A stretch of 64,000 nucleotides of DNA. Origin: Octopus vulgaris (taxonomy: Eukaryota). Below the pieces are notes generated by a model, which saw only the letters and a list, made by a program, of their open reading frames with translations, searched no databases and was not told the origin of the DNA. Position numbers and translations under genes: made by a program. Below are positions 12,681 through 23,837 of this stretch, piece by piece. Location: assembly GCA_951406725.2 (NCBI GenBank), contig OX597827.1:55490001-55554000 (forward strand). Reading direction: 5' to 3'. Within the stretch, counting starts at the first letter, position 1, and each line of letters opens with the position of its first letter.

Positions 12681-13869
12681 CCTGCAGGCAATGGCTCAGA
12701 CGTGTTGTGTAGTGTTAGAAACATAGTGTAGAAATGTGTTGTGTAAAAGTGTGATGTAGCATAGAAGTGTGGTATAAGGATGGAATGTGCAGTAATGTTG
12801 TGTAATATTCTTTCTGGTGTATTGTCTTGTAATGTCAATGACATGTGGTTAAGTTGTTTGTTGTATAGAAGTGTGAAGCTTTACTGTATTGAATAGTGTT
12901 TTGTCAAGACCGGGTATAATGTTATATAATATATAATGAACTTATTGTATACAGTGCTCAAGTGCTCTTCAACTAATCAGAAAGAGTAACCAAAACTGCA
13001 TGAACAGTACACAGAATATTCACAGGAAGTGAACAGTGAATAAATCATTAAAAAAAAAAAAAACGAAAGTAGGTGGCATCACGTGTACTGTTGGCAAATT
13101 TCAGGAAGTAAGTGTATAACTACTGTATAGTACAGATATGTGGTAGAGTTAAGAAGTATAGTGCAGTACTGTGTAATGTAGAAGTGTGGTTCACAACCAA
13201 AATGAAGTGCAGTGTTGGATGTAGTGTAAAACTATGGGGTAATGTTGTACAGAGTACAAGAGTTATACAGTGTTGACATACGTTAGTATGTAAAAAGCAC
13301 CATCCGAACGTGGCTGATGTCAGTGCCGCCTTGACTGACTTCCGTGCCGGTGGCATATAGAAAATACCATCCGATTATGGTCGAAGGCAGCTCCCCTGGC
13401 CCCTTGTGCTAGTGGCACGTTAGGAAAGGCATCAAGCTGTAGAAACACTGCCAGATCAGATTGGGGCCTGGTGCAGCCTCCTGGCTTCCCAGACCCCATT
13501 AAAACCTTCCAACTCATACCAGCATGGAAAACAGACATTAAACAATGATGATGATGATGATATATATGTATAATGTAAAACTGAGAATGTGTGTGTGTCT
13601 GTTTGTGTGCACCATTAAAACTCAAGAACTACCCAACTGATTTCATTCAAATTTTACACATGCCTTACTTAGGGCCCATGCAGTGTGATGGGCCAAAACA
13701 ATTTTCAACTTCTTGCCTAATGCAAGCCCAGAACAATCTCTTATCTCTTACACTATTTCAGTATTACATATCAAAAATCAAATAACATCTCTATTGTAAT
13801 GTGAGATAACACTTTCAGTTTTAATAGTTTCACTGTTAATCCTGAAACTATTACCTTACATATATACAT

Positions 13870-13922
<53 letters not shown>

Positions 13923-14192
13923 TATAGATTTGTCTATATATGTATGTATATTATATGTATGCATGTATATATGTGTATATATATTTGTACATGTATAGAT
14001 ATATATGTATGGGTGTATATATATAGATGAGATATATAGATAGATAGATTTATATGTATATATATATGTGTGTAAATATATATATGTACTAGGCTTACAA
14101 AGAATAAATCCTAGGGTCGATTTCTTCAACTAAAGTCAGTGCTCTAGCATGGTCAGTCACATGACCAAAACAAATAAAACAATAAAAAACTG

Positions 14193-14478
14193 TATAGCCT
14201 CGGGCCGACTAAAGCCTTGTGAGTGGATTTGGTAGACGGAAACTGAAAGAAGCCCGTCGTATATGTATGTGTGTGTATATGTTTGTCTCCCCAACATCGC
14301 TTGACAACCGATGCTGGTGTGTTTACGTCCCCGTAACTTAGCGGTTCGGCAAAAGGGACCGATAGAATAAGTACTAGGCTTAAAAAGAATAGGTCCTGGG
14401 GTCGATTTGCTCGACTAGAGGCGGTGCTGCAGCATGGCCGCAGTCAAATGACTGGAACAAGTAAGAGAGTAAAAGAGC
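14193..14478 (+). mobile_element. 5'-truncated family-1 SINE, low divergence
   Basis: High identity to the 45735-46125 body and tail; CpGs retained. Confidence 0.9.
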
Positions 14479-15189
14479 AATATATATAAAAAATTTGGGG
14501 TGGGTGGGGGGTAAATGAACAATTCTAAATTTCAGCCTAGCCTCCTGAAAAAAAAATTTAATCAAAAATAAATCGGAATCATTTTTTTCTTATTTTGTAA
14601 TCAAATTATACTTCCGCAACAGATATTACTTTTAATAGGGAAGAAATAAAATACAATATTTGGAATTAGATAATGGATAGTGACACTAATATAAAAAGCT
14701 CTTAAAACGTGACAAAAGCTTTGAACAATCGGTTTTCCCCACACAACCTTACGTATATTTTACCTAATGCTCTATGAATGCTATAAAATGGTTAAAATAT
14801 AAGAAAGAAAAAAAAGATATGGATAATAGAACCAAAGAATTAATTGCTAAAATTCAAACAAAAAATATTTAATTTAAAAGGTTTAAGATACGTTGGAATT
14901 AGGTTTTCCTTCTGTAAAAAATGAAGTTTCAATACATCTTGTTAGTATCAGTATAGCAGTTTTCAAGTAAGGGATACATTATCGAGTTGAAATAAACTTT
15001 AAAAAGGGAAACTTCGAAGAACAATGTATGAATGCACATATAATACAGCATAACATAACATAATATAATATATAATATATATATATTCTCGTTAATGTAT
15101 ATTATCATAAGAAATAATGGTTTTCTGCAAGATGAAAATCAAGATTAAACAAAACAAAACAAAAATAAACAAGAGAATATTTTATTGAC

Positions 15190-15815
15190 TATCAGCAAGC
15201 ACGTGTTAAAAGGGCTTACGACGTCGCGTGTTGAACATTTTACGTTGAAATATACAAATATATACAGAGAGACGAATTACTTCAATTGAATCGTTAACAT
15301 TATGGTAATTATACGGTGCAATTAAGCAGAAGTATAATATATCTAATTAAATCAATATTCTGATCTGAAGATAAATATTCAAAGGAATATAGCGAAAGTT
15401 GCATTTTCAATCTAAAAATGAATGAGAGGAGACGGAAAAGTTAATCTATATTCAAAAATTAAGCTTGTCCCCCCTGCCCTCGCTTTGACAGTTATTAAAT
15501 ACATGTAGAGCTAACATCTTTTAATTACGAAACTAATACCGCATAAAACCGTAACTTTCAGACTTGTCAAAAAACGAGGATATTCTCAAGTAATTGAGAG
15601 AATTTAATATTTATGTTTTGAATTTGAACTGTCGTTGATTGACAATTCCTCTGTCTATATGGTCACGTTGGTGAACGTATTGTCATTTGTGAACTTCGGA
15701 GGTGGTACAGAATACAAGTGTGAACTCTAATGGCGGTCGTCATAGAGTCGGCTGCCGTTCAATTATCTTCGACTCTCAATAGTTTGCCTAAAATCCTGCC
15801 TTTTGCCTGAAGAAT
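15190..15815 (+). promoter_or_regulatory. Putative promoter/5' UTR of the FBXW7-like gene
   Basis: Locally CpG-rich and repeat-free; E-box CACGTG 15200-15205, palindrome cgacgtcg ~15219-15226, YY1-like aATGGCGG at ~15729. Confidence 0.55.
15730..15810 (+). promoter_or_regulatory. Upstream ORF, 26 aa (MAVVIESAAVQLSSTLNSLPKILPFA*), stopping 5 nt before the main ATG
   Basis: ATG 15730, TGA 15808-15810; different frame from the CDS at 15816. Confidence 0.4.
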
Positions 15816-18518
15816 ATGGTAGGAAGAAAGAAAAACACCACTGGGGCAACTGAGAAGAAAATAGATGTTAATCTGGCATGCGTGGAGGAGTTAACTTCGC
15901 TTGATAGGATCGGTCCGAGAAGAGCAGAGAGTATTGTGGAGGCTCGGAAGCGTTTAGGAGGATTCAGTTGTGTTGATGATTTGTGTAAAGTTAACGGCAT
16001 CACTACTGAATGGCTTGAATCGAACAAATCCAGTCTAGGTTGTGTACCTTACAGTGTGAAGTCTCCACGGCGCCCCAGACAATCTACGGTGAACAACAGT
16101 AACGAAGTAAGTGATGCTAAAGAAGAACATCAGTGTATAGAGACTTCCTCTTCTTCTTCTCTTTCTTCTTCTTCTACTGTTTGCACTACTTCATCTTTTA
16201 CTTGTGCATCTGTACCTAATACAAGTTCTTCGAATAATACTTGTTTTAGTTCTCCATCTACATCGTCACTATCATCTACTTGTACTATTACTACTACCTC
16301 TCCACCGGCGACAACTACTATTCCAACATCATACGCCATCAATTTTAAATGGGACCCTTCTACAAGCAAGAATAGGTCCTCCTCCACCTCAAGTGGCCTT
16401 CGTGTAAATCGTTCAAGTGAGAATCTGTGTAATTTGGAATGTTCTGAAGGTGCTAGTAGTGTAACCAGTACTGCGACCAGTTCTACCTCTGACCAAGACC
16501 GGCAGATTTTGGTGGTCAATGAAGACGCTTCTGAAAATCCTCCAGCTGCTGAAGATAAAATGACTGTCCAAGTATCCCAGAAGGTAACAACTAATGATAT
16601 TATTCAAGCCGATTCGGATAATTGGACTAACAATAACCCCCCTGATAAATCCGAAGCCTGCTCTGCATCAGCTAATGAGGTGGGCAAAGGAGAAGGTGGG
16701 GAATGTGAAACTAATGATGGTCAGAGTAATGATCGGAATGGCTCAGGAGGAAGTTTAGAGAACAGTTGCAGCGATGGTAATTCTGGACTAGGGTCATCAT
16801 TGGTCTCCTCTATTAGTCCACATCAAAGTTTATTTTCTAGCCCTCCACTGAAATCTCGTATTCCAGTGCCTATTCATCAACACAAGGATAAATATATAAT
16901 GAAAAGAAAGCAAGACATTGGTTGGCAAGAAGAGGAAGAAACAACACCAGGAAAAAAATTCTGTCGTTCTTCAGCAGAACTCTTTAATTCTGATACTTTG
17001 CGCTCTCATAACCTGTCAACTTTAAACATGGGTTTTACTAGAAAAAAAATTCCATCAAAAAGCAACCCCCCTCCAGAACTTGCTCAATGGTTACAGACAT
17101 TCCAGTCCTGGAGTAACCCTGAGCGATGCTTAGCTTTAGATGAGATGATAGAACTTTGTGAACCCACCCAGGTCAGACATATCATGCAGGTTATTGAGCC
17201 TCAGTTCCAAAGGGATTTCATTTCATTGCTTCCAAAGGAATTGGCATTGTATGTTCTATCCTATCTTGGACCAAAGGATCTTCTCCGTGCAGCGCAGACT
17301 TGTCGTTACTGGCGTGTTCTTACCGAGGATAATTTACTTTGGCGGGAAAAATGTAACGAAGAAGGAATTGATGAATCTTTAGTATTTGGATATAGTGTAA
17401 GACGACGATCTCAGGGTATGTTGAGAAGTCCCTGGAAAACTCTTTACATGCGACAACATCAGATCGAACAGTATTGGAGATGTGGTAAAATTCGTCCACC
17501 AAAACTCCTCAAAGGTCATGAGGATCATGTGATAACCTGTTTAGAATTTTGTGGTAGCAGAATTGTGAGTGGGTCTGATGATAACACACTAAAAGTTTGG
17601 TCATCATTGACTGGGAAATGTTTACGAACACTTATTGGTCATACTGGTGGTGTGTGGGCATCACAGATGGCTGACAATATCATTATTAGTGGATCTACAG
17701 ACCGAACACTCAAAGTTTGGAATGCAGAGACTGGCCAGTGTATTCATACTTTATATGGTCACACATCAACAGTGCGTTGTATGCACTTGCATGAGAATAA
17801 AGTTGTGAGTGGTTCGAGAGATGCTACACTTCGAGTATGGGACATTGATACTGGTCAGTGCCTGCATGTTTTGATGGGGCATGTTGCAGCAGTTCGTTGT
17901 GTTCAATATGATGGGCGACGGGTGGTCAGTGGAGCCTATGACTACACGGTTAAAGTGTGGGATCCAGAGACTGAAGCCTGTCTCCACTCTCTGCAAGGAC
18001 ACACTAACAGGGTGTACTCACTACAATTTGATGGTACACACATAGTTAGTGGCTCTTTGGATACGTCAATCCGTGTCTGGGATGTTGAGACAGGCACCTG
18101 CCTACATACGCTCATTGGTCACCAGTCGCTGACTAGTGGTATGGAACTGAAAGAGAATATACTTGTTTCAGGCAATGCTGATTCCACTGTTAAAGTTTGG
18201 GACATTCGCACTGGTCGTTGCCTTCAGACACTTCAGGGTCCGAACAGACACCAGAGTGCTGTCACATGCTTGCAGTTTAACAAGAAATTTGTGATAACTT
18301 CATCAGATGATGGAACTGTAAAAATCTGGGACTTAAAGACTGGTGAGTTTCTACGGAATTTAGTGACACTAGAGAGTGGTGGAAGTGGTGGAGTTGTATG
18401 GCGGGTACGCTGCACCAACACCAAACTTATATGTGCTGTTGGCAGTCGGAATGGTACAGAAGAAACAAAATTAATGGTATTAGATTTTGATGTTGATGAT
18501 CGGAAGCAACCTGTCTAA
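15816..18518 (+). CDS. FBXW7: F-box/WD repeat-containing protein 7 (Cdc4/Archipelago/SEL-10 orthologue), single exon, with N-terminal ComEA/KIF22-type double HhH domain
   Basis: Uninterrupted 900-aa ORF with strong Kozak (aatATGG). D-domain ELAQWLQTFQSWSNPERCLALDEMI; F-box RDFISLLPKELALYVLSYL; eight WD40 repeats; phosphodegron-binding Arg motifs HTSTVRC, SGSRDAT and AAVRCVQYDG; C-terminus GSRNGTEETKLMVLDFD. HhH at aa ~14-74. Confidence 0.97.
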   Translation: MVGRKKNTTGATEKKIDVNLACVEELTSLDRIGPRRAESIVEARKRLGGFSCVDDLCKVNGITTEWLESNKSSLGCVPYSVKSPRRPRQSTVNNSNEVSDAKEEHQCIETSSSSSLSSSSTVCTTSSFTCASVPNTSSSNNTCFSSPSTSSLSSTCTITTTSPPATTTIPTSYAINFKWDPSTSKNRSSSTSSGLRVNRSSENLCNLECSEGASSVTSTATSSTSDQDRQILVVNEDASENPPAAEDKMTVQVSQKVTTNDIIQADSDNWTNNNPPDKSEACSASANEVGKGEGGECETNDGQSNDRNGSGGSLENSCSDGNSGLGSSLVSSISPHQSLFSSPPLKSRIPVPIHQHKDKYIMKRKQDIGWQEEEETTPGKKFCRSSAELFNSDTLRSHNLSTLNMGFTRKKIPSKSNPPPELAQWLQTFQSWSNPERCLALDEMIELCEPTQVRHIMQVIEPQFQRDFISLLPKELALYVLSYLGPKDLLRAAQTCRYWRVLTEDNLLWREKCNEEGIDESLVFGYSVRRRSQGMLRSPWKTLYMRQHQIEQYWRCGKIRPPKLLKGHEDHVITCLEFCGSRIVSGSDDNTLKVWSSLTGKCLRTLIGHTGGVWASQMADNIIISGSTDRTLKVWNAETGQCIHTLYGHTSTVRCMHLHENKVVSGSRDATLRVWDIDTGQCLHVLMGHVAAVRCVQYDGRRVVSGAYDYTVKVWDPETEACLHSLQGHTNRVYSLQFDGTHIVSGSLDTSIRVWDVETGTCLHTLIGHQSLTSGMELKENILVSGNADSTVKVWDIRTGRCLQTLQGPNRHQSAVTCLQFNKKFVITSSDDGTVKIWDLKTGEFLRNLVTLESGGSGGVVWRVRCTNTKLICAVGSRNGTEETKLMVLDFDVDDRKQPV

Positions 18519-18521
18519 AAA

Positions 18522-18774
18522 CATAATATATATGTATATATAGCATTAAATTATATATATATATGTATAAGTAACATTATATATATATATATACATATAT
18601 ATAGAATGTATATACATACACATACCTGCTCTTATATATACATAGGTATACATGCATACATCTATATAAACAGGTGTATGATTATATATGTATACATATA
18701 TACACATATATATACATATATTTATACATACATATATATATATATATATACATATATAACATATATATATACAC

Positions 18775-18811
<37 letters not shown>

Positions 18812-19130
18812 AAGTGTGTGTGTGCACATTGATGTTTACATAAATGTAATGTATGCACATATATGTATACTTGCATATATATATAGAGATAGATATACAC
18901 GTGTATATATATATACATACACACATACGTGTATGTATATACACGTGTATGTATGTGTCTCTATATATATATGCATGAGTACATGTGTACAAGCTTATAT
19001 ATATGTGCATGTATGTATATATATGCTCACATTCTGTGTATATGTATACATGTGCATATGTAAATAGATAAATGTACACATATATATGTGCATATATATA
19101 TATAATTATATACACACACACACACATCCA
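18522..19130. repeat. Compound TA/CA/TG microsatellite directly after the FBXW7 stop codon
   Basis: Directly visible. Confidence 0.95.
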
Positions 19131-19336
19131 TGCACACATTCTTCAAGCAAAATACTAGAGTCAAATGCAACATCATCTCCTATTCTTTCTATCTTTCCTT
19201 AATTCCAGAACATTTTGCTTTTTTTTTTTCTGAAAACTTTCTTCTACATATTTTCATGTCTTTTCTATCTATTTATTTATTGATTAATTTTTTTTTTTTT
19301 CCTTTTGTTGAGGAAAATGTTCTTCTCCCTTCCCCG

Positions 19337-19404
19337 CCCCACCCTACCGCCACCCCACCCCACCCTACCGCCACCCCACCCCACCCTACCGCCACCCCAC
19401 CCCA
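19337..19404. repeat. C-rich 21-bp tandem repeat (ccccaccctaccgccacccca x3)
   Basis: Three exact units plus a partial. Confidence 0.9.
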
Positions 19405-19583
19405 TTTTTGGCCGCACTGATTTAGGTTTCGTTTATTGGGCTTTGTCCTTACATTTAAAGCATCTAATTAGAGCAGAACGTATCTCTTAGGGCAAGCAAA
19501 CAACAAAAATATTAAGAGATCAAGAAATATATATATATATATATATCTTTTTCTTTACTAGCTTCAGCTCGAGATCTGTGACC

Positions 19584-19636
<53 letters not shown>

Positions 19637-20445
19637 GTGTGTGTACCGTCGTTCTGATAATTTCTGTATTCTTTACATGTAATTCTCACCCACCCGCTTT
19701 TTTCTTTTCTCAAGCCTCCACCCCAAAAAAGGGAGAGGGAGTTTTATTACATTTTGTCACTCCATCACCGCTCTTTTATTCTTCTCCTTTATTTTCTTTA
19801 TTAATTTTCACATTTATTTATTGATGATGAAGAAAAGAGAAGGGAAAAATATTACTCTTTTTTTTGTTGTTGTTGTTTCTTTCTTTCTCTCTTGTTTCCT
19901 TGGTCTTTCTCCTTCTTTTTACCTCATCGCTAATCTCTCTCTCTCTGACAACCCTCCTTCCGGATCTGTTAGCATAAAAACAGAAAACATTCACACATCC
20001 ACCTTGTCACTAAAATAACTCAATTCACCACACCTTTAAGGCTTATTACCTTAGGTTACCCACCCGTTAGTGAATGCTTCGTATCTTTTTCATATTTTTT
20101 TTCCCCATTTTCATTTAGTGTTTTTTTTTTTTCAAATTCTTTTTTCATACTAATTTCTAGTTCATTTTAGAATAATTTCCTGCCGTTTTTCTTTCTATCT
20201 ATACACGTATGCATCAATCTATGTGTGTGTTTTGTGTTAACGTCGGATAGCTTCCTTATATGTATACCCGTTTGAGTATGTGTGTGTGTATATATATATA
20301 TATACACACACACAAAAATATATACATATGTATGTTTACACACACGTATATTCAACAGACTCACTATGCAGATATATATATATTAGACACGAGTTTATAT
20401 ATGTAATAAATGTAACATGTACACATACACTATGTATGAATAATC

Positions 20446-20477
<32 letters not shown>

Positions 20478-21257
20478 ATGTGTTTATATATGTGAATACA
20501 TAGATATTGTACACGAGTGTGTGTATATATTTGTATTCACACATGCAAAATTCATAAGCTTACACAAAAATAAATGTATGTGTGTGTGTGTATATATATA
20601 ATTCTGTGTTGCACTGGGTAGTGATTTGATTTGAGATGGTGTTAAAACTAAACTAAATAGCATTTTGGTAGAGTCGTGTGAGCCATTTAAAATATACACT
20701 GTTATTTTATTATTACTTTGTAATAATAATATCTATGCCTACAGCTGTATAAAAAAAAAAGCAGTCTTTCATGTACATGAGCGACCTTAGTCTCTGACAT
20801 GCAGTTAGCTCGGCCCTCAGTTACCAAGTTGTCGATGTTTTAATGAAAGCCTTGGTATTTCATGGTATAAGCTATTATAAGATTTAATATATACAGTGTA
20901 TGATTAACATGACTTCTATCACATTGCAATTGTTTTAGACAGATCAAATCAATGGACTAACAAATAAAAAAAAAACGTACAATACAGCAGTATATATACA
21001 TATATATATATATAATTAATTAATTACACACACACACACTCAGAAATGTGTCTTTGTCAAACGCTTTTCTTAAGTATAGATTTTATAAGTCTGGTGTTGT
21101 TTATCTTCATGGCAAAATGTTCAATTTTCCCAATGTTGATTGATACAACAATTGTCAGGCCTTTTGAAATAGTTCTATACCTGAACCATCTACTAGCTAA
21201 TTGCAGTACTGTAGCTACATTTGTATATATGTACACATGATGATGCTGATACACATC

Positions 21258-21311
<54 letters not shown>

Positions 21312-21351
21312 TGCCGTGTGTGTACATATCTATATATAGAGTGTGTGTATG

Positions 21352-21401
<50 letters not shown>

Positions 21402-21432
21402 GTGTGCATTTACATATATAAGTATACGTATT

Positions 21433-21476
<44 letters not shown>

Positions 21477-23765
21477 ATGTGTGTCATAAATGTATGTAAT
21501 ATGTGATTATCTCTTGAGCTTTTTGTGGGGTTACTTATATTTCAGAAAACAACATCCCCCATTAGCAAATCTTCATAAGTTTGTTTAAACCCTCCTTTCT
21601 TTGAAATAAGTTTATGGTGCTTTTTAAAAGATAATCTAATAAAAGAAATCACTAGAAGAACATCTGAATTCATCAGAAAGTACATTTTTTAAAAAATAGA
21701 AATTTTAATTCTATTTTAGATGTTTTGTGTTTGTCAGTTATATATTTAAGGAATCTAAAATTTAGTTCTGCTATTAGGTTCTGTAATTTTTACAATTTAT
21801 TGAGGACGTGTTTAAAGTTTTAAATCACAAATTTGTTGTCAATTTCTATATAATTTGGTAAATTTTTTTGTGTATTCTTTCTTTTTTACTTATTACTTTT
21901 GTTAATCTTTTCTGCAGGTTGAAATTAAGAAATTTTGTTATTTTCCAATGGAATGTACCAATGTTGTACTGTGTGTTGAAATGTTCTTCTCAGTGTCATT
22001 GGAAACAATTTTCTTTTTTTTTTTTTTTTTTTGTTTAATTTCAATTATTAATAAGTAATTATACTTATTGATGTTTGCAGTGCTTTCATGGTTTAATTTC
22101 AACTTTCAGTTTTACTTGTGGCATTTCCAGAACTGTCACAGATTGGTTTTTGCTTGTTTCCATGCCAGGTCCCTTACATTCAGCAGAAGCTGCTGATCAC
22201 CTCTCCAACTCTCTTGATTCATCTCCTCTTGTTTATATAAGCCCATATATATATTTTTAGATTGCTTTGTTCATCTTCAATGAAGCTTAGTTGAGTGGAT
22301 TAGGTCTTGTCTTAAATTAAAATTGCATCCACAAGTGCTTGGCTTTTGGCACTATAGCTTGCGTTCCACCTGCACGTGAGACGCTTACCTCCATTTATCT
22401 TACTTAATTAACAAATTTGGATTATTGGGTTAGTGGCTACATCTGGGGAAAGTAAAAAGTACAAGTAAACTAGTATCTTGTCCAGGAGAGTTTCATTTTC
22501 ATAGCACTAATTTTGTGGGCTGCTATTGTTTGCAAAAAGACATAGCAAGTATCACTTTTTATTCTGGAAAATCATTGGACAAATAATAATAATAATAATT
22601 GTTTGTTATTGTTAGTAGTTGTTGTTGTTAAGAGTGGGTGTGATAATACAATAGGTAGAGAGCCAAGCTGATTGTATTGTGGTATGCAGAGATGGGTGCC
22701 TCACTGCTGGGAATTCAAATCCTATTCTGTGTATTTAGAAGAAATGCTTAAGGTATTAGATTACCGGTTCATGATTTGTTAGCTCTGCTGTCATTTTCTT
22801 GAGTCTCTGGGCAAGACACTTTATTCTGCATGTTTCACCTAGCTGTGGAAAAATAGTTTTCTGGGAGAAGAAAAGTTTTTTTTTTTTTTTTTTAGGATAG
22901 CTTAGCATTTTCCTGCTCAGAGGAAAAAAAAATCTGTAACATTCCTGTTAACGAAAGGATTAACTATTATAATGTCTTTATATTTTATCTCCTCTGTTTG
23001 TTTGTATTTAAGCTTCATATGTTTACATTTTTTTGGCTTGTATTTTTTTTTTATTCAGAATTAACCTAAAGTCAGTTGTAGACAACATTAAATACTTACA
23101 GAAAAGGAGAGAGAAAATAATTCAATCTCTTCTCTTGAAGTGCCTTGCAATCCAGTCATTATATTAGATCATTAAAGTATTGTTACAGCTGTCAGTTTTT
23201 AAGAATTTTCTGTAGCTATCTAAGTTTCCCAAGTAAAGTAAATCTTTAATCAGTAGAAAGCTTTTTCTTTTAGATTACACACTTGTTTATTGAATTTACA
23301 TTCAGTTTTGGCCCTTGTAAGAGTTGTTGTTTACCTCCATGTCAGATCTCATTGGGTCTACATTTACTGAAGATAATATTTCATTGATGACATCTTAACA
23401 AAATGACTAGTGATGGTGAGGCAATAATTTATGAGGCTCCTGTAGAAGTCTTCATTGCTGTCCGCTTTGTATTTCACACTAATTTAATCAGCCAGTGGGG
23501 TTAATTTGCTGTGATATCTGTTGAAGAATTTAAAACAAGTGGGCAATTGTCATAGCGATATCAGTTGGTGCTTCCTTTGTTTTGTGCAGCATCAAATGAT
23601 AGGTTCTATTGTATATCTTGTCACTTATTTCTGTTGTAATTCAAGCAAGACACTCTGCAGAAGTATCTTGCTTCAGTCCAACAGAAATATTTTGAAAGCC
23701 AGCTCCATCACATTCCTTTTGTTCAAAGGTCTCCATTCTATATTCAGTAAATGTATAACCAATTA

Positions 23766-23837
<72 letters not shown>

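Noticed and set aside
15855-16037. Bacterial comEA contamination or misassembly
   Set aside because: Seamlessly in frame with a metazoan gene, same base composition, eukaryotic repeats on both sides; eukaryotic HhH donors (KIF22, EEPD1) exist, so HGT is not needed
16130-16519. Antisense ORFs within FBXW7
   Set aside because: Shadows of the Ser/Thr-rich and WD40 coding strand
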